From the NCBI GenBank assembly GCA_963713825.1, contig CAVQNG010000025.1, positions 672,001 to 736,000 of the forward strand: a stretch of 64,000 nt of DNA, given 5' to 3'. The notes below the pieces were generated by a model that saw nothing but the letters and a program-made list of their open reading frames with translations, had not been told where the DNA came from and did not search any database. This document shows positions 28,845-38,300 of this stretch, in pieces (position 1 is the first letter of the stretch; each line of letters opens with the position of its first letter). The DNA is from an uncultured Acidobacteriota bacterium. Its GTDB lineage: Bacteria > Acidobacteriota > Thermoanaerobaculia > Multivoradales > JAHEKO01. The translations under genes and the position numbers were made by a program.

Positions 28845-29312
28845 TCATTGAATTCGTCGACCGTCGGCGTCGGAACGCCGATTGCCGGTCGCCGTGGATC
28901 GGATGTCGAGTTTCGTTGGGTCGAGACCGCTCTGGCCGAGGTCGAGGACGAGATCGACACGGCTGTCGCCACCCAGGTACAGGACCGGCGGCGGTTGGGC
29001 AGCGAGCGAGCGCAACTCATCCACTTCGCTCTGCAGACTTTCGTACTCTTGGCGTAGGAGGAACTGAGTGTTGGTTTCGCTCGGTATCGATTCGGTGGTG
29101 GGGTAGTAACGCAGCCAGATGCCAAGGGCAAGGCTGCCCGCCGCCAAGGTTGCGAGTGCGACGGCCCAACGCGGCGATATGCCACGCAGCTTCGACGGTT
29201 CGCGATGAGCGAGCTCGTCCAGTACCCGTCCGGTGAAGTCCTCGGAGGCACGTTCCGAGGACAGCTCGCGCATCGCTTTCTCGAGCGGCGATGGATTCTG
29301 GTTTCGAGTCAC
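28845..29312 (-). CDS. Putative single-TM anti-sigma factor
   Basis: Overlaps the ECF sigma stop; short cytoplasmic domain (DFTGRVL), one TM, short extracytoplasmic part. Confidence 0.65.
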   Translation of the reverse strand: MTRNQNPSPLEKAMRELSSERASEDFTGRVLDELAHREPSKLRGISPRWAVALATLAAGSLALGIWLRYYPTTESIPSETNTQFLLRQEYESLQSEVDELRSLAAQPPPVLYLGGDSRVDLVLDLGQSGLDPTKLDIRSTATGNRRSDADGRRIQ

Positions 29313-29893
29313 GATGGTCCTCCCGTCTGATACGACTCGAGGTCGTCCCGCAGCAGCGCGCGACCGCGATGCAGCCGTGACTTGACCGTTCCTGCCTGGA
29401 TGCCCAGGAGGTCGGCGATCTCCTGGTGGCTCTTATCCTCCAGGTATGAAAGCACGATGGGGGCTCGGTAGCGCAGCGGCAGCTTGGTGATGGCCCGCGT
29501 CAGTGTCTGTTGCAGCTCGTGTCTCAGTACTTCGGTCTGTTGAACGGCTTCCGTTCGATGGCCATTGGAGTGGAAGAAGGCCGGGCGAAGTCTCGACCAT
29601 CGTTGATGGCGCCTTGCTTCGCTGCGCACCAGATTGGTGGCAATGCGGTAGAGATAGGACTGAAGTCGGCCCCGCTCGGAGTATCGGTGGCCCCTCTCGT
29701 AGAGGCGCAGAAAAGCCTCCTGGGCCAGGTCTTCGGCCTGGCTCTTGCTGCCAGTCAGGCGCGTCAGGTAGTTCACAAGGCCATCCTTGTGACGATCCAC
29801 CAGTTGTCCGAAGGCGGATCGATTGCCTTGGCGTGCCAGCTGGAAAAGGTCGCTATCGCTGTATGCCGCCGTCTCGCTCACGGCTCCTCCCAT
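29309..29893 (-). CDS. ECF RNA polymerase sigma factor (true start may be GTG 29881)
   Basis: AEDLAQEAF, LYRIATN, EIADLLGI..GTVKSRLHRGR. Confidence 0.95.
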   Translation of the reverse strand: MGGAVSETAAYSDSDLFQLARQGNRSAFGQLVDRHKDGLVNYLTRLTGSKSQAEDLAQEAFLRLYERGHRYSERGRLQSYLYRIATNLVRSEARRHQRWSRLRPAFFHSNGHRTEAVQQTEVLRHELQQTLTRAITKLPLRYRAPIVLSYLEDKSHQEIADLLGIQAGTVKSRLHRGRALLRDDLESYQTGGPS

Positions 29894-29898
29894 CCCTT

Positions 29899-29925
29899 AT
29901 AACGCTCGAAGAGCGTCAGGGTTCC
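29899..29925 (-). promoter_or_regulatory. ECF-type promoter GGAAC-N16-CGTTAT directly upstream of the ECF sigma gene
   Basis: Minus strand reads GGAAC cctgacgctcttcgag CGTTAT, matching the general ECF AAC/CGT pattern. Confidence 0.65.
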
Positions 29926-32900
29926 GACGGCGAAGGTTCGCTGTCGGTCGTGGGAGTGGGCTCTGAGCCCCTTTCCTTGAGTCTGCGACGGTAGGTGGGA
30001 GGGCTGACTCCCAGTAGCAGGGACCCGATACGGACATCATCCGGGAAGCGCGTGACGATCTCGTCGAGGAGAATCTCCTGCACCTGATCCAGGAGTTGCC
30101 CCTGCTCTCTGGCGGGGGAGTGCACCAGGTCGGATAGCACCCGTTGAACCTCGTTCCAGCTACCGGAACGGGGTGCCAGGCCCGACTGAATCTGCTGGCT
30201 GACCTTCTTCAGGCGGCGTCGGAAAGTGCTCTCGGGCAGGCCCACGAACAGACACCCACGCCGGGCTACGTGGTCAGCTGCGGCCCCGGCCTCGAGAATC
30301 AGGTCGTCGGTCAACCAGCGTCCGAGAGGCAGGCCGAGGGGGGGATCGCTTTCCGCCGCCAGAGCGATCTGGCGCTGCAGGGCTGACCGCAGCTCCAATA
30401 GGGGATCGAGGCGGCGCTCCTCTACCGGGTCTTCGCGCTGCGAGCCGCCGCCGTCGTTCGTCGCGAGCGATGCCCGGGCCCCTGCGGTCACGGGGCGGTA
30501 ACCCGCGGTATCGTTCGCTTCGCCGGTCAAGCCGAGCTCTTCGGGCTCGAGCTCTTCATTGTCACTGAGAATCACGCTTTGGAGAAGGCGATTCTGGAGC
30601 TCGCGAACATTGCCGGGCCAGGGATGGGCCAGCATGGCCACTTCTGCGGCCTGCGATAGGCCTCGTGCCTGTCTCTGATACTGCACTGCGTACAGCTCGA
30701 GGAAGTGTCGCGCCAGGTGGAGGATGTCGTCCGGACGCTCTGTTAGAGGCGGAATCCTCAAGTGCAGCACGTTGAGCCGGTGGTAGAGGTCTTCCCTGAA
30801 ACGCCCCGCCATCACCTCGCTCGCCAAGTCTCGGTTGGTCGCTGCGAGGATCCTCACATCCACCCGACGGGTCTTCGAGCCACCTACCGTCATGAACTGT
30901 TTCTCTTGGACGAAACGCAGTAGCTTGCTCTGTACCTCGAGGGGCAGCTCGCCGATCTCGTCCAGCAGAACCGTGCCGCCGTTGGCTTGCATTAGACGTC
31001 CTGCTCGACTCTGCTGGGCGCCGGTGTAGGCGCCCTTCTCGTGCCCGAAGAGCTCACTTTCGATCAACGACGAGGCGATGGCTCCGCAATCGACAACCAC
31101 CAATGGAGCGTTGCGGCGGGGGCTCAGCTGATGGATCGTCCGAGCCAACAGTTCCTTGCCAGTGCCGCTGGCTCCGGCAATCAGAACCGTCGCGTCTGTG
31201 GGAGCCACGCGGCGGGCGGTTCCGACCAGGGCCTCCATTTCGTCCGAGCGGTATACGAGCTTGACTTGCTGTAGCGCTTGCCGAAGGTCGCTCAACTCGG
31301 CCCGGAGCGCGCGATGCTTCTTTTCTTGCCGCTGTCTTTCCAACTCTGCGAGGCGGGCCCTGTCCATGGCGACCGCCAACTGCGCCGACAGCGCCTTGAG
31401 GAAGATGAGGTCGGACGATTCGAGAGTCATGGATCGACGCTTGCCGTCGATCATCAGGCAGCCGAGGCATTCGCTCCCGGCCGTCAGAGGTACGGCGAAG
31501 AAGACCCGCTTCGCGGGTGGAGGTTCATCGCCATCCACCGTCGGGGCGTCATAGATGGCCTCGCTGGCCTCCATCTCGGCGACGGCGATCTGCAGGTGCT
31601 GCCGCTCCTCGGGATCGAGCTCGAGAGTCTCGATTCGAGTCTGCAATCCACCGGTGCCGTCGATCCGTGTGAGACCCCGCAGCAATTGCAGTTGACCTTC
31701 TTCGTCTCGAGTAAAGAGCCCGATGCGACTGGGAGAGAAAGCGGTATAGAGGCGATCGACCACCTGGGCCGCAAGATCGTCGAAGGCGTCGTGTAAGGCG
31801 ATGATGTCGAGGGTGTCCCGGAGCAGCACCATATTGCGGTAGTCCTTCGCCATGTTGCCGGTAAAGATGCCGCTCAAGCGGTCGAAGCTGCCGACCTGTT
31901 GGGAGGCGAAGTCCTCCTGCCAGCTGACCACCGTGCCGCCACCCATGCGTTTGGCTGTGTTGAGAGCCTGATCCGCCCTGCGGACGAGATCGAGAGGATG
32001 GGCGACAGTCTTTTCGCCAGGCTCGAGAGTGGCTAGCCCTACGCTGAACGACAGCGAGACCTGGCCATCCAAGAACTGGAGGCTGCCGAGGTGCTGTTCA
32101 ACGCGTTCGGCGATCTCGCGAGCCTCCTGGGTAGGAGTTTCGGCAAGAATCGCCGCGAAGACCACGCCTCCGTAGCGTGATACCAGATCGGTGACGCGCA
32201 GCGTCGTTCGCAAGGCGTCACTGATGGCGCGCACGCAGTGGTCCCCGCTCTCACGGCCGAAGCGCTCGTTGACGGTGTAGAAGTCGTCCGGGTTGATGAG
32301 AAGCAGAGTCAACTGGGCGTCGCTGTCTTCGATCTCCTGGAACCGTTCGGCGAGAACGGCCTGGAACTCCTTGCGATCGGGCAGACCGGTCGTGGGATCC
32401 TTGAGGATGGCGGAGACCTGACTGGTGTGGCTGGCCAGAGCGCCGCCCAGGGCGAACAGCCAATCCCACCAGTGCTCCGGATCCTTGGCCTTACGGAGGT
32501 TACTGGGTAGGTAACTGCTGGCGAGGCGCTCCAGGACAGTGCCCTTACCGGCGGCGAAGCGAAGACCGATCCAGGCTCCCAGGAGAATGCTCCCCTTGCT
32601 GTCTTGGGCGTCGGTGCGACGTCGGTTTCCCTCGTCGCCGAAGAGCGCTCCCAAGGTCCAGGGAGGTTCCACAGACGGCAGCGGCACGATTCCGGAGTCG
32701 GCAGCCTGGCTGATGACGAGAGATGGGATTCCGGAGTTCTCCTCCTGCTCGCTATCCGAGCTGGCCCTGGCCATGTCGTTGGCGAACGCTTCTGCCGACT
32801 CGAGGTCTTCGAGCTCCGGAACCGGTGGCGCCTCGCCGTCGTGGATCAGGACAGGCCGCGCCAGGCGACTCATGGGCGCCGGTATGAAGAGGCTGGCACA

Positions 32901-33026
32901 CTCGGCGCCGCTGAGACGACGGATACCCTGGACGTAGGACCGTAGCAGTGCAGGTGCTTCAATCATGATCAGATTCCTGGGCGGAAGAGAGGCGAAATTC
33001 GCACCAAAGTGGTGCATGCGCCACAA
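29916..33026 (-). CDS. Sigma54 enhancer-binding protein with degenerate GGDEF and GAF domains and two HTH-like segments (start possibly ATG 32966)
   Basis: DPTTGL..RYGGVVF; GAF; GASGTGKE, GAYTGA, LLDE, RFREDLYHRL, WPGNVREL; GLPESTFRRRL and GVSPPTYRRRL. Confidence 0.9.
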   Translation of the reverse strand: MWRMHHFGANFASLPPRNLIMIEAPALLRSYVQGIRRLSGAECASLFIPAPMSRLARPVLIHDGEAPPVPELEDLESAEAFANDMARASSDSEQEENSGIPSLVISQAADSGIVPLPSVEPPWTLGALFGDEGNRRRTDAQDSKGSILLGAWIGLRFAAGKGTVLERLASSYLPSNLRKAKDPEHWWDWLFALGGALASHTSQVSAILKDPTTGLPDRKEFQAVLAERFQEIEDSDAQLTLLLINPDDFYTVNERFGRESGDHCVRAISDALRTTLRVTDLVSRYGGVVFAAILAETPTQEAREIAERVEQHLGSLQFLDGQVSLSFSVGLATLEPGEKTVAHPLDLVRRADQALNTAKRMGGGTVVSWQEDFASQQVGSFDRLSGIFTGNMAKDYRNMVLLRDTLDIIALHDAFDDLAAQVVDRLYTAFSPSRIGLFTRDEEGQLQLLRGLTRIDGTGGLQTRIETLELDPEERQHLQIAVAEMEASEAIYDAPTVDGDEPPPAKRVFFAVPLTAGSECLGCLMIDGKRRSMTLESSDLIFLKALSAQLAVAMDRARLAELERQRQEKKHRALRAELSDLRQALQQVKLVYRSDEMEALVGTARRVAPTDATVLIAGASGTGKELLARTIHQLSPRRNAPLVVVDCGAIASSLIESELFGHEKGAYTGAQQSRAGRLMQANGGTVLLDEIGELPLEVQSKLLRFVQEKQFMTVGGSKTRRVDVRILAATNRDLASEVMAGRFREDLYHRLNVLHLRIPPLTERPDDILHLARHFLELYAVQYQRQARGLSQAAEVAMLAHPWPGNVRELQNRLLQSVILSDNEELEPEELGLTGEANDTAGYRPVTAGARASLATNDGGGSQREDPVEERRLDPLLELRSALQRQIALAAESDPPLGLPLGRWLTDDLILEAGAAADHVARRGCLFVGLPESTFRRRLKKVSQQIQSGLAPRSGSWNEVQRVLSDLVHSPAREQGQLLDQVQEILLDEIVTRFPDDVRIGSLLLGVSPPTYRRRLKERGSEPTPTTDSEPSPSEP
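33000..33016. promoter_or_regulatory. NtrC-like palindromic binding site
   Basis: CGCACCA-AAG-TGGTGCA versus NtrC consensus TGCACCA-N3-TGGTGCA; flanked by GGCGAAATT/AATTTCGCC (32991-33033). Confidence 0.5.
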
Positions 33027-33093
33027 TTTCGCCCGAGCGTAGCATGGCGCCAGCGACGCGACAGTCGAATATTTCGCAGTATTCCCCGGCCCG

Positions 33094-33981
33094 TCAGCGG
33101 TCGAGTATCCGCCCCAGCAGCCACCCGAGCAGGCTCAGCAGGGAACCCGAGCCTGCGACGCTCTCCGACCAGCCAGTGCCCAAGGTCGGCATCTGTCGGT
33201 CGAAATCGGCTCGACGCTCGAGATCGGCTTCCATCTCCTTGCGAAGGTGTTGGGCCTCGGATTCGCGTCCGGTGCGGATCCAACCCACAACCGCATCGAG
33301 CTCATTGGCATCGAACCACAGACCGTGGGGTCGGCAGCTGTCGAGAATGATGCCGCTCTTGCGACCGAAGTTCAATCGGTGCATCAGCTTGCCGCACACC
33401 GGGCAAGGACGATAGAGGCGAGCCTGGTCCCTCCCAGCTGTTGGAACGGTCTGCTTCGGGACCTTCTGATTCGATGTGAGCTCGGCGGCCAGGGAAGAGC
33501 TTCTCGCTCTCTCCATCAGGACCTGCGCCGTGTCCTTGGCCAGCCAGAGACCGGCGCAGCGAGGGCACTCGAGGACCGATACCGGGGGTTGGCCAAGCTC
33601 ACGACTGGTCAGGTGGACGGAGTCAGAGCACGCCGGGCATGGTGTCAGGCTCGGTTCTCCAGCTCTGCCGGCAGGTAGCAGCGGGGTAGCGCAGTGATGG
33701 CAGTAGCGGGCCTGGTCGCTGACGCGAGCCATGCACTCTGGGCAGATCGTGTGGAGGTCCCGTTCGTGAAGAGTGAAGTCCGCGTCGCAGAAACGGCAGG
33801 TGGCCGAGTCAGCCTGGCGGGGCGCTCCACACGCCGAGCAGCGCACCACCGCAGCGTCGTGAGGTGCTGGGATCGGAACTTCGAGAGTCTCGCTGCAAAG
33901 ACAACGGAATCGGTCTCCGGCCTGCAGCTTCCCGGCGTCGTATTGACGCTTGCAGGCAGGACATGAAACGAGAAGCCGCAT
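33094..33981 (-). CDS. Multi zinc-ribbon protein (zf-TFIIB-like); real gene inside the 750-aa ORF, start ATG 33981
   Basis: CPAC, CLC, CSAC, CRFC, CPEC, CHHC, CPAC, CPRC.GLW, CPVC, C..HGLWFD..EL. Confidence 0.8.
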   Translation of the reverse strand: MRLLVSCPACKRQYDAGKLQAGDRFRCLCSETLEVPIPAPHDAAVVRCSACGAPRQADSATCRFCDADFTLHERDLHTICPECMARVSDQARYCHHCATPLLPAGRAGEPSLTPCPACSDSVHLTSRELGQPPVSVLECPRCAGLWLAKDTAQVLMERARSSSLAAELTSNQKVPKQTVPTAGRDQARLYRPCPVCGKLMHRLNFGRKSGIILDSCRPHGLWFDANELDAVVGWIRTGRESEAQHLRKEMEADLERRADFDRQMPTLGTGWSESVAGSGSLLSLLGWLLGRILDR

Positions 33982-34054
33982 GCAAGAAGGATGGTGCAAA
34001 CCAACTTTGGAGTCAATTGAATCCGTCAGTAGCGTCGAGAACCGGGAAGTCGAC

Positions 34055-34081
34055 TGAAACAAACGGCGATTGCGATACGTA
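34055..34081 (+). promoter_or_regulatory. ECF-type promoter candidate TGAAAC-N17-CGTA upstream of the RND operon
   Basis: Directly visible, about 60 nt upstream of the MFP start; resembles SigW-type TGAAAC...CGTA. Confidence 0.45.
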
Positions 34082-34140
34082 GAAACGAGCGTCGGAACCA
34101 ATACGCCAGAGCAATCCATGCCAGATCGACGGAGGCTGAC

Positions 34141-35340
34141 ATGACAGAGCGATACGAAGCGAAGAACGACACCGGAAGAGGCAAGAAGCTGTGGCGGTGG
34201 CTGTCGTTGACAGTTGCCGTTCTTCTGCTGGCCGCGGGCACAGTGACAATGATGAGCGTCAGGGCGGCCCGAGCCAATGAGGCCTCGACGGCGGAGGATA
34301 ACGCCGATACTTCCGAGACCGCTGAGGCGACCGCGGACTCTGGCGAGGAGAAAGAGGGCGAAGAGGAAGGTGACGACGCCAAGACGCCAGTGCCGGTCGA
34401 AGTAGCTGCGGTGTCGGAAGGCACGGTCTCCGCTTACATCAGTTCGACCGCCAATCTGGTAGCCGAGAACGAAGTCAAGGTCCTTTCGGAGGTCGAAGGA
34501 CGAGTTCTGACTTTGCGAGTCGAGGAAGGTGATTGGGTCAAGAACGGACAAGTGTTGGCCAGTCTGGTGCGAGACGATGAGCAGATCGCCTTCAAGAAGG
34601 CGCAGCTCAAGGAGACCAACGCGCGCGCCGCGTTCGATCGAGCCAAGGAGCTGGTGGACAGGGAGCTCATCAGTCGCGAAGAGTTCGACAAGCTGTCGAT
34701 CGACTATGAGATCGCTGGCCAGGAGCTCGCCGAAGCCGAATGGGCGCTGAAGAAGACCACCATCGTGGCGCCGTTCTCGGGCCGGGTCACGGCTCGTATG
34801 ACGCAGCTGGGCCAACATGTTCGCCCGGGTGACGAGCTCTTTCAGGTCACCGATTTCAATCCGCTCATTGCTCGCATTTATCTGCCAGAGAGGGATGTTC
34901 TGGGACTGGAGGAAGGTCGCACCGTGCAGATTCGCCTCGATGCCGCCGACCAGGTGTCTTTCGCTGGTCGGATACGCCAGATCAGCCCGGTGGTCGACAC
35001 GTCGACCGGCACGGTCAAGCTGACCGTGGAAGCCACGGAGCCACCCAAAGAGGTGCGCCCCGGCAGCTTCGTCACGGTGAACATCGTGCGCGAGACCCAC
35101 CCGGAAGCGTTGCTCGTGCGTCGCGAGGCGGTGCTCCGAGAGCTGCAAAAGGCTCACGTCTTTGTGGCCGAGGACGATATCGCCGAGAAGAGGTCGGTGA
35201 CGCTGGGTCTCGAGGAGGGCGACCTGATCGAGGTGATCTCCGGTGTCGAGGCCGGTGACCAGGTCATCGTCGCCGGTCAGGGCGGCCTGAAGGACGGTTC
35301 CGCCGTCAAGATCCTGATTGCAGACGCCAACGCCGGATAG
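34141..35340 (+). CDS. RND efflux periplasmic adaptor (MFP)
   Basis: N-terminal TM, VEEGD.VK.GQ.L, helical hairpin, APFSG.V, PVVD..TGT. Confidence 0.93.
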   Translation: MTERYEAKNDTGRGKKLWRWLSLTVAVLLLAAGTVTMMSVRAARANEASTAEDNADTSETAEATADSGEEKEGEEEGDDAKTPVPVEVAAVSEGTVSAYISSTANLVAENEVKVLSEVEGRVLTLRVEEGDWVKNGQVLASLVRDDEQIAFKKAQLKETNARAAFDRAKELVDRELISREEFDKLSIDYEIAGQELAEAEWALKKTTIVAPFSGRVTARMTQLGQHVRPGDELFQVTDFNPLIARIYLPERDVLGLEEGRTVQIRLDAADQVSFAGRIRQISPVVDTSTGTVKLTVEATEPPKEVRPGSFVTVNIVRETHPEALLVRREAVLRELQKAHVFVAEDDIAEKRSVTLGLEEGDLIEVISGVEAGDQVIVAGQGGLKDGSAVKILIADANAG

Positions 35341-35351
35341 GTTCACAGACC

Positions 35352-38300
35352 ATGCGACTCGTTGATTTTTCCCTGCACCGTCGGGTGACGGTCTCGATGG
35401 TTGCTGTCGCCCTCGTTCTGTTCGGCCTGGTCGCTTTCGGCCGGCTCTCCATCAATCTGCTGCCGGATCTTTCGTATCCGAGCCTGACTGTGGAGACCAA
35501 GCTCTCCGGTGCTGCACCGGCCGAGATGGAGTCCCTGGTCTCCCGCCCCATCGAGGAGTCGGTCGGCATCGTCTCCGGAGTGAAGCGCCTGACTTCAGTC
35601 TCACGTCCTGGGTTGTCGCAGGTGACGATGGAGTTCGAGTGGGGCCGCAACATGGACTTCGCGTCGCTCGATGTGCGACAGAAGCTCGATGTCGTGAGGC
35701 TCCCCCGGGACGTGACAAAGCCCGTGGTGCTGCGCTTCGATCCCACGAACGATCCGATTCTGCGTCTCTACCTGCAAGGGTCGGATGACCTCTTCCAGCT
35801 GCGATATGTGGCGGAGGAGGTGCTCAAAAAGGACCTGGAGTCGACCGAAGGCGTGGCCGCGATCAAAGTCAACGGTGGCTATGAGGAGGAGATCCAGGTC
35901 CGGGTAGACGAAGGGAAACTGGCGCTCCTGGGCCTCAGCATCCAGGATGTGAACGAGACGCTGCTGAAGGAGAACGTCAATCAGGCTGGTGGCAGTCTCT
36001 ACGAGGAGGAAGCCCGCTACCTGGTGCGCTCGAACAACGAGTTCGTGGACCTGGAGGACATCATGGAAACGGTCCTCCTGGCCCAGGATGGGCGGGTGGT
36101 CCGGGTGGCGGATGTCGGAGAAGTGACCCGCGGCCACAAGCAGCGCGAAGTCATTACCCGATTCGACGGCCAGGAGGCAGTGGAGCTGGCGATCTACAAG
36201 GAAGGTGACGCCAACACCGTCCAGGTCGCCAAAGCAGTCGAGGGTCGCCTCGAGAGCATCTCCAAGGAGCTTCCAGAAGGCATCGAAGTCGTCACGGGGC
36301 TGGACCAGTCCGAGTTCATCCAGGCCTCGATTCGGGAGGTCCTGAGCAACGCGTTCTTGGGTGGCGGAATCGCCATTCTGGTCCTGCTCTTCTTCCTCAA
36401 AGATGCGCGCAGCACCCTGATCATCGGAGTTTCCATCCCGATCTCGGTGGTCGCTACCTTCTTCCTGATGTATCGCACCGGCACCTCGCTCAACATCATG
36501 TCTCTCGGTGGCCTGGCCCTCGGTGTCGGCATGCTGGTGGACAACGCTATTGTGGTGTTGGAGTCCATCTTCAAGCACCGCGAAGCGGGGGCTTCGGCTT
36601 TCGAAGCCGCACGCGCTGGAGCATCGGAAGTCGGCCGAGCGGTGGCGGCTTCGACACTGACCACAGTCGCTGTCTTCTTGCCGGTTGTCTTTCTGCAGGG
36701 AATCGCGGCACAGCTCTTTCGCGATATGGCGTTGACTGTCTCGTTTGCGCTCATCGCCTCGCTGGCCGTGGCCCTGACCCTCATCCCCATGATGTCGGCA
36801 CTGGCCGGCGGCAGCCCGGCCGAGAGTGTTGGGGTGGTGGCTGCAGCGCAGCCGGAAGGCAAACTGCGCCGATTCTTCCGCCTGGTGTTTCTCGGTCTGC
36901 CGTCCCTTCTGGTGCGTGGCATCCGCTTCGTGCTGCGTTGGGTCGGTAAGGGGCTGGCTCTGCTGGCACTTCCTCTGTCGAAGGCCTTCGACAAGACTCT
37001 GGGCGCGATCGCGGCGGCCTACCCACATATTTTGCGGGGCGCTCTGCGGACGCGTCTGGTTGTCCTCGCCATCGTGCTGGTGGCTTTCGCGGGCTCGATC
37101 TGGATGATTCCGCGACTCGGATTCGATCTCGTCCCGACGCTGTCGCAGGGCGAGTTCAGCTTTCTGGTGGAGCTTCCAGAAGGGACTCCGCTCGAAATCA
37201 CCGATCGCTTCATCAACGATGTGGAGTTGGTGCTGGATGGCAATGACCTGGTCGCTTCCCACTCCTCGATGGCGGGTGGCAGGGGACTGTCTCTCACCAA
37301 CACCGGAACCGAGGGTGAGAATGCGGGTCGCATCCAGGTACGGATGGCCGATGGCACGACGCCGGAGCAGGAATCCAGTGTCATCAGTGAGCTTCGGGAT
37401 GAGCTCGAGATCTCCGGTCTGGCGCGCTTCAAATTCGAGCGGCCGACCTTCTTCAGTTTTCGGACTCCGATCGAGGTGGAGGTCTACAGTGACAATCTGG
37501 CCGAGCTGCACCTCGCCACCGCCGAGCTCAAGGAGCGCATCGACCAGATTCCGGGTCTGGTGGACGTCAAGTCCTCGGCGGAGTTGGGCAATCCCGAGCT
37601 GCAGATCGCCTTCGATCGCAACCAACTCTCTCAGCTCGGGCTCAATCTGGGCGATGTGGCGGACACCCTGCGAAAGAAGGTGCAAGGTGACGTAGCCACG
37701 CGCTTCACCGAGGGCGACCGGGAGATCGACATCGTGGTGCGCTCGGTGGATCTCGGGCAGGCTTCGGTCGGTGACGTCAACAACTTCATCATCGCTCAAC
37801 GAGACAATGTTCCGATCTATCTGAAGTCCGTGGCCAAGGTCAACCTGGTCGAGGGCCCGAGCGAGATTCGACGCATCGGCCAGAAACGAACCGGGGTGAT
37901 CTCGGGGAATCTGGCGGGGCGTGACATGGGGGCTGTGGCGGCGGATGTCCGGGCAGTTCTGGCCGAAACCCCCTTGCCGGCCGGCGTCACCGCAGCCCTG
38001 AGCGGACAGGAGGAAGAACGGACCGAGGCCGTCCGCTCGCTGATGATGGCCATGGCGCTGGCAGTGTTCCTGGTCTATCTGGTGATGGCATCGCAGTTCG
38101 AGTCGTTTCTGCATCCCTTCATCATCATCTTCACCCTGCCGCTGGGAGCCATCGGGGTCATCGGTGCCCTGGCGATCACCGGTCGATCGATCAATATCGT
38201 CGCCATGATCGGGGCGGTGATGCTGGCCGGAATCGTCGTCAACAACGCCATCGTGTTGGTAGATGCCGTCAATCAGCGGCGTCGGTCCGGCATGGGGCGC

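Noticed and set aside
33982-35346. N-terminal 455 aa of the 750-aa ORF 33094-35346
   Set aside because: Antisense shadow of the RND adaptor; the real zinc-ribbon gene starts at 33981.
35601-38114. 837-aa antisense ORF and similar long shadow ORFs (for example 953-2341, 22748-24226, 39053-40351, 56914-58278, 59905-61416)
   Set aside because: They overlap well-supported genes, mostly on the opposite strand, have no motifs, and are expected in GC-rich DNA.
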